Assembly (NCBI GenBank): GCA_049643885.1
Contig: JBARQV010000010.1
Coordinates: forward strand, 758 to 64,757
DNA: 64,000 nucleotides
Source: Candidatus Omnitrophota bacterium
GTDB lineage: Bacteria > Omnitrophota > Gorgyraeia > Tantalellales > Tantalellaceae
Direction of reading: 5' to 3'
Shown: positions 60,055 to 64,000 of the stretch, one piece after another
Numbering within the stretch: position 1 is the stretch's first letter
Layout of the letters: every line of letters begins with the position of its first letter
The notes under the pieces: model-generated
Databases searched by the model: none
What the model saw: only the letters and a program-made list of their open reading frames with translations
What the model was told of the DNA's origin: nothing
Translations under genes and position numbers: made by a program

Positions 60055-61844
60055 TCGTAAAGATGAAAAAACTTACTCTCCTGGTTTCGGAAAGAGAAAG
60101 AGAAAAATTTCTTTCCGGTCTCCGCCGTGTCGGCGTCCTGCACATCAAGCACGTCAAGCCCCCGGAATCGCATGAGATCAAGTTCATCGAAGACAGGATG
60201 GCCAACATCGACAAGATGATCTCCATACTTACTCCTTACAGAGGGAAGGGGGCAGGGGCCCAGATGGTCTGTGATGAAAAAAGGATCATCGATGATACCG
60301 TCCGGATCACAGAGATCTATGAAGATAAATTGGACGCATTACGCAACATGCATGACCTGGAAGGGCAGCTCTTGTGGTTCGATATATGGGGAGAGTTCGA
60401 CCCGGACGATCTTGCCGAGCTCAGGGAAAAAGGAGTAAACCTGAGGTTGCACCGCCTGAGTAAGGATGAATTTCGCAAGTTGCGGCGGAGCAAGGAAGAG
60501 AAGTACAAAGTCATAAAAAGAGAAAAAGGGTACGTGTACATCGCTGCGCTCTTTCTGGCCCCCGACAAGAAGCTCTCTTTCGAGGAAGTCACTCCTCCGC
60601 CGAGGGGTCCCGAAGCCATCCATAAGATGATGGAAAGGCTGAACGCGAGGATCGATAAAGTGGACCAGGCCCTGGCGGAAGAAGCGCGGGTCCTGGAATC
60701 GATGAAGATCTGCCGGGAAACATTCGTGAAAGAACACGAGTTTTTAACCGTGAAGTTCGGTATGCAGGAAGAGGAAGAATTTTCCTACATGCGGGGTTTT
60801 TGCCCTGCTGACGCATTGCCGGAGGTGATCTCCCTGTCTAAAACACACGGGGCGGGGTATTTGATAGAAGACGCGGATGTCCCGGAAGAGACACCCACCC
60901 TCATAAGGAATCCTAAATGGATAAGGGTCATAAAACCGGTTTTCCAGTTCATGAATACGGTTCCGGGATACAATGAATTCGATATAAGTTTTGTGTTTCT
61001 TTTGTTTTTCAGCCTGTTTTTCGCTATGCTAGTGGGCGATGCCGGTTATGGTCTGCTCTTTATCCTGATCACTTTTTTGGCCAGGATTAAATGGAAAAAG
61101 GCGCCGAGAGAACCGTTTTTCCTCATGTATATATTGGGCGGTACGACGGCCGTGTGGGGAGCCATAACCGGGACCTGGTTCGGCTCGGATACAATAGCTA
61201 CGATGCCGGGTTTCAGGGATCTGATTATCGGCAGGATCGATAGCTTTTCGGCGGAAAACCAGAATTTTATCATCTATCTTTGCTTTTTAATAGGAACGGT
61301 TCATCTTACTATTGCCCATTTGATGAAAGCTTTCAAGTGGATAAATTCGGTAAAAGCCCTGGCCGACGTAGGGTGGGTCATGATCGTGTGGGGGATGTTT
61401 TTCGCCGCGGGCACACTGGTCATAGGCAGAGATTTTCCGCCCGCAGGCGGATGGCTTCTGGTCGGGGGGATGGCCTTGGTTCTTGTGTTTTCTAATGCGC
61501 AGAAGAACATGCTCAAGGGTATACTTTCCACGCTGGTTCATTTGCCGCTTAGCGTTATAGGCTCGTTTTCGGACGTAGTATCTTACCTGAGGCTTTTTGC
61601 CGTTGGATACGCCACCTTGGTCCTGGCCAGCACTTTCAACCATATGGCTTTTGCCGGCGGCATCAACAATGTCTTTGCAGGACTAGGTGCGGCTTTTGTC
61701 CTGTTCCTGGGGCACGCGCTTAATGTTCTTCTGGCCATGATGGCGGTCATAGTTCATGGGATACGGCTTAATATGCTTGAGTTTTCCGGACATTTGGGGA
61801 TGCAGTGGTCCGGAGAAAAATACGAACCATTTTGCGAAAGATAA
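60051..61844 (+). CDS. atpI: V-type ATP synthase subunit I (a-subunit)
   Basis: 597 aa with a cytoplasmic N-terminal half and C-terminal multi-TM domain containing the conserved essential Arg region (LRLFAVGYAT...). Confidence 0.9.
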   Translation: MIVKMKKLTLLVSEREREKFLSGLRRVGVLHIKHVKPPESHEIKFIEDRMANIDKMISILTPYRGKGAGAQMVCDEKRIIDDTVRITEIYEDKLDALRNMHDLEGQLLWFDIWGEFDPDDLAELREKGVNLRLHRLSKDEFRKLRRSKEEKYKVIKREKGYVYIAALFLAPDKKLSFEEVTPPPRGPEAIHKMMERLNARIDKVDQALAEEARVLESMKICRETFVKEHEFLTVKFGMQEEEEFSYMRGFCPADALPEVISLSKTHGAGYLIEDADVPEETPTLIRNPKWIRVIKPVFQFMNTVPGYNEFDISFVFLLFFSLFFAMLVGDAGYGLLFILITFLARIKWKKAPREPFFLMYILGGTTAVWGAITGTWFGSDTIATMPGFRDLIIGRIDSFSAENQNFIIYLCFLIGTVHLTIAHLMKAFKWINSVKALADVGWVMIVWGMFFAAGTLVIGRDFPPAGGWLLVGGMALVLVFSNAQKNMLKGILSTLVHLPLSVIGSFSDVVSYLRLFAVGYATLVLASTFNHMAFAGGINNVFAGLGAAFVLFLGHALNVLLAMMAVIVHGIRLNMLEFSGHLGMQWSGEKYEPFCER

Positions 61845-61857
61845 AGAGGAGGTAATT

Positions 61858-62295
61858 ATGGTATCGGGTTTAGGTGATATGGGTCTGTCGCTGGCCTTTG
61901 CGGCTATAGGTTCGGCGCTGGGGACCGGAGTTGCGGGTATGGCGGCGATAGGCGCGTGGAAAAGGGCATTCATGCAGAACAAAGTAGCGCCCTTTATACT
62001 TGTGGCTTTCGTGGGAGCGCCTTTGTCACAGACTATTTACGGGATGATATTGAGGAACGCTATACAGAGCGCCAATATCGACCCTCAGGCATATCCATAT
62101 CAGATGGCCCTGGGTTTGGCGGCCGGGCTTGCCATAGGCGCTTCGGCCTGGATGCAGGGTAAAGCCGGCGCGAGTGCGGCGGATGCGATAGCCGAGACAG
62201 GGAAGGGGTTCGGTAATTACATCATGGTCATCGGGGTCATTGAGACCGTGGCTCTCTTTGTCATGGTCTTTGCGATGACAGCACTGCCCAGATAA
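61858..62295 (+). CDS. atpK: V-type ATP synthase subunit K (proteolipid c-ring)
   Basis: 145-aa glycine/alanine-rich four-TM proteolipid. AAGAGGAGG RBS before ATG 61858; the ORF-track start at 61756 overlaps atpI. Confidence 0.88.
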   Translation: MVSGLGDMGLSLAFAAIGSALGTGVAGMAAIGAWKRAFMQNKVAPFILVAFVGAPLSQTIYGMILRNAIQSANIDPQAYPYQMALGLAAGLAIGASAWMQGKAGASAADAIAETGKGFGNYIMVIGVIETVALFVMVFAMTALPR

Positions 62296-62315
62296 GAATA
62301 TCCCGATTGGTTTCG

Positions 62316-62352
62316 CAGGGACGTCCGATTCCCCCAGCGAGGAAATCGGACT
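62316..62352. repeat. 37-nt hairpin motif copy 2
   Basis: cagggacgtccgattcccccagcgaggaaatcggact with a perfect 8-bp stem gtccgatt/aatcggac. 33/37 identical to 144-180. Lies 21 nt after the atpK stop. Confidence 0.5.
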
Positions 62353-62450
62353 ATGTCATCCCGGGCGAGGCCGTAGGCCGAGACCCGGGATCAAGTAATA
62401 TTATTATGTGGTCCCCTCTTCCGCGGGGATGACATATTTTTATTCCCGAC
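62353..62450. repeat. GTCATCCCGG hairpin-repeat cluster downstream of atpK
   Basis: gtcatcccgggcgaggccgtaggccgagacccgggat, then tcccctcttccgcggggatgacatatttttattcccg. Shares the GGGATGACATATTTTTATT end with 32088-32111. Confidence 0.7.
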
Positions 62451-62465
62451 CGACGAACGACGAGT

Positions 62466-62494
62466 TTGACAGGGCGAAGACCGTAATATATAAT
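62466..62494 (+). promoter_or_regulatory. Consensus sigma70 promoter for tRNA-Val(UAC)
   Basis: TTGACA (62466-62471), 17-nt spacer, TATAAT (62489-62494). The tRNA begins 16 nt downstream. Confidence 0.6.
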
Positions 62495-62509
62495 ACATTT
62501 TCGCAAAAC

Positions 62510-62587
62510 GGGCGCGTAGCTCAGCTGGTTTAGAGCGCTACCCTTACAAGGTAGATGTCACAGGTTCGAACCCTGTCGCGCCCACCA
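62510..62587 (+). tRNA. tRNA-Val (anticodon UAC)
   Basis: 78-nt tRNA with acceptor gggcgcg/cgcgccc, anticodon loop ctTACaa, T-arm acagg-ttcgaac-cctgt and CCA end. Confidence 0.85.
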
Positions 62588-62899
62588 CTATTGAAATTCG
62601 GGCCTTCGGCTGACATCTATCGGAATGATGTCACCTTCGGCCCCTCGCCCTGCGGGCTCGGGCTCAAACCGCCGAATTTCTTTAAGGGGGAACCGGCTTG
62701 GTTCCCCCTTAATATTCCCTCTCCTTCATATGAATTTATTCTTATTTTTGTTATGTTTGGACGAGTCTCAGGCAGCTTTCACGCCCTTCAAAAGTTATTA
62801 AAATACCTAAAATTTGGAAATGGGCCCCTTGGATTTTATGGTTTTTGCGGGAAAATGACAATAGCTTAGCTATGATTAACATATGGAGGCATGGCAACT

Positions 62900-62936
62900 G
62901 TTCGAGCCCCGTCCGCCCCGCCATTCTGCTTTACCC
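62900..62936. repeat. Left arm of 37-bp inverted repeat: inverted copy of the tRNA-Asp 3' end plus 13 nt of flank
   Basis: gttcgagccccgtccgccccgccattctgctttaccc is the reverse complement of 63273-63309 with one mismatch. Confidence 0.75.
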
Positions 62937-62940
62937 TATT

Positions 62941-63183
62941 CTAGATAAGCCTTTTCTTCAAAAAAGCAAACCCTGAACCTTGCTTCAAGTATTCTTCAAA
63001 ACTTTTAGCTTTCTTCTTATCCTTAAATGTAATAAAAGTTTGCAACTCCCAAGGCCCATATTTACTAGAGTAGTGTGACTTGAAATCGTTATGTTCTTTT
63101 AGGCGGTTTTCGAGATTCTCAGTAAAACCTATATAACATCGTTCTGGATACTTTTTACTGATGAGAATATACACGATAAACAT
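62941..63183 (-). CDS. GIY-YIG nuclease family protein (small stand-alone, about 80 aa)
   Basis: MFIVYILISKKYPERCYIGFTENLENRLKEHN carries the GIY-YIG signature (VYIL...YIGFT...R..EH.N). Confidence 0.8.
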   Translation of the reverse strand: MFIVYILISKKYPERCYIGFTENLENRLKEHNDFKSHYSSKYGPWELQTFITFKDKKKAKSFEEYLKQGSGFAFLKKRLI

Positions 63184-63272
63184 GCGGTAATTATAGCACG
63201 AGTTTTGCTTTTTTGAAGAATCGAAACTTGTAGGAATTCCCGCGAAACCCTACCACTCGTTTACGAGTAGAA

Positions 63273-63309
63273 GGGTGAAGCAGAATGGCGGGGCGGACGG
63301 GGCTCGAAC
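63273..63309. repeat. Right arm of 37-bp inverted repeat (tRNA-Asp 3' end plus downstream flank)
   Basis: Overlaps tRNA-Asp positions 63286-63309 and 13 nt beyond its 3' end. Confidence 0.75.
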
Positions 63310-63363
63310 CCGCGACCTTCGGATCGACAGTCCGACGTTCTAAACCAACTGAACTACCGCCCC
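63286..63363 (-). tRNA. tRNA-Asp (anticodon GUC)
   Basis: 78-nt reverse-strand tRNA ggggcggtagttcagttggtttagaacgtcggactGTCgatccga... with CCA end. Confidence 0.85.
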
Positions 63364-63490
63364 ATTAAGAAGTGTATTACTTTATAGCATAGAACATTAT
63401 TAACGTCAACTGCTTTCCAATCGACGATTAATCCTTCTCGTACCGGATAATATAAGTTATAATTGTATAACTAGTGAAAGGTGGATGCGG

Positions 63491-64000
63491 ATGGATGATA
63501 TCTCCAAGAGACACATAAGTCATGCAGGTCCTGCAGAGAAACTTTACTGGATAGGAGGGGCTTTCATTCTCGGCTCTCTTACGGGCCTTTTGGTGTGGTT
63601 CCTGGAACACAAGACGGGAACGAACCTCACCCCTTATTTGGATCTCTATGTTGCGCCGTTCGGCGTCGTCCTGGAGAAGATGCTCCACGCGATCGTCATC
63701 CCTCTTGTATTCTTTACACTCCTGGCCGGGGCTTCGAACCTGGATATAAGAAGGTTCGGCAGGGTCGGGGGTAAGGTCATCATATGGTATCTGGCGACAT
63801 CTGTCCTGGCGGCTATTCTGGGGACGGCCCTGGCAGTTTACCTGAACCCGGGGCAGGGGCTTTCACTGAAACATGTTCACCATGTGATCCCCGTAGAACT
63901 TATGATGCACGGGTTTCCGCAAAAAATAACGTTCGAATCTATTATTTTGAACTTTTTCCAGAATCCCTTTAGGGCATTGAGCGAAGGAAATTTTTTGCCG
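63491..64000 (+). CDS. Dicarboxylate/amino acid:cation symporter (DAACS/GltP family), N-terminal part (gene runs off window end)
   Basis: Not in ORF track (no stop in window). ATG 63491 with AAAGGTGGA RBS. Translation ...LHAIVIPLVFFTLLAGASNLDIRRFGRVGGKVIIWYLATSVLAAILGTALAVYLNPGQG matches the conserved DAACS TM2-TM3 region. Confidence 0.7.
   Translation, partial: MDDISKRHISHAGPAEKLYWIGGAFILGSLTGLLVWFLEHKTGTNLTPYLDLYVAPFGVVLEKMLHAIVIPLVFFTLLAGASNLDIRRFGRVGGKVIIWYLATSVLAAILGTALAVYLNPGQGLSLKHVHHVIPVELMMHGFPQKITFESIILNFFQNPFRALSEGNFLP

Noticed and set aside
62555-62869. 104-aa plus-strand ORF
   Set aside because: Begins inside tRNA-Val and runs through a GC-rich hairpin region, with no RBS. Spurious.
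63428-63688. 86-aa reverse-strand ORF
   Set aside because: Antisense to the much better supported DAACS symporter gene (63491 onward, conserved transmembrane motifs).

Overview
This 64-kb window spans the replication origin of a bacterial chromosome. Gene content and a DUF1559-type prepilin protein suggest a PVC-superphylum or Omnitrophota-like uncultured lineage, but that is inference only.

Gene layout:
- From 1 to about 43.5 kb, nearly every gene is on the minus strand: glnS, gltX, a four-subunit 2-oxoacid:ferredoxin oxidoreductase operon (delta-alpha-beta-gamma), dxs, xseB/xseA, ymdB, rny, a ThiI-like PP-loop ATPase, rarA, pheT/pheS, trkA/trkH, rplT-rpmI-infC-thrS, a split coaC/coaB, rpoZ, gmk, yicC, ndk, rsmI, glmS, gyrA, gyrB, a DUF721 protein, dnaN and dnaA.
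- From about 43.9 kb onward genes are on the plus strand: rpmH-rnpA-yidD-yidC-jag, parA-parB, pyrR-pyrB-pyrC-(Mut7-C nuclease)-pyrK-pyrD-pyrF-pyrE, and a V-type ATPase operon (E, DUF2764-like, A, B, D, I, K).
- The strand switch and DnaA-box clusters on both sides of dnaA place oriC at about 41.9-43.9 kb.
- Eleven tRNA genes are present: Glu x2, Leu x2, Gln, Val x2, Cys, Asp.

Unusual content found by reading the sequence:
1. A 660-bp non-coding repeat array lies between a truncated jag and parA. It has two parS-like 16-bp palindromes, a 2x67-bp tandem repeat, three ~125-130-bp purine/pyrimidine-asymmetric repeats and an embedded sigma70 promoter.
2. A small GIY-YIG nuclease gene is bracketed by 37-bp inverted repeats, one of which is the 3' end of tRNA-Asp.
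3. 3'-end fragments of tRNA-Gln (two) and tRNA-Leu (one) lie as direct repeats around small cargo genes, with no integrase.
4. A candidate ~190-nt sRNA with its own promoter and intrinsic terminator sits downstream of pheT.
5. A family of GTCATCCCGG/CCGGGATGAC hairpin repeats occurs at five intergenic sites, two of them inside operons.
6. A conserved 37-nt hairpin motif appears at both ends of the window.

No CRISPR array, cas genes, integrase or transposase is visible.
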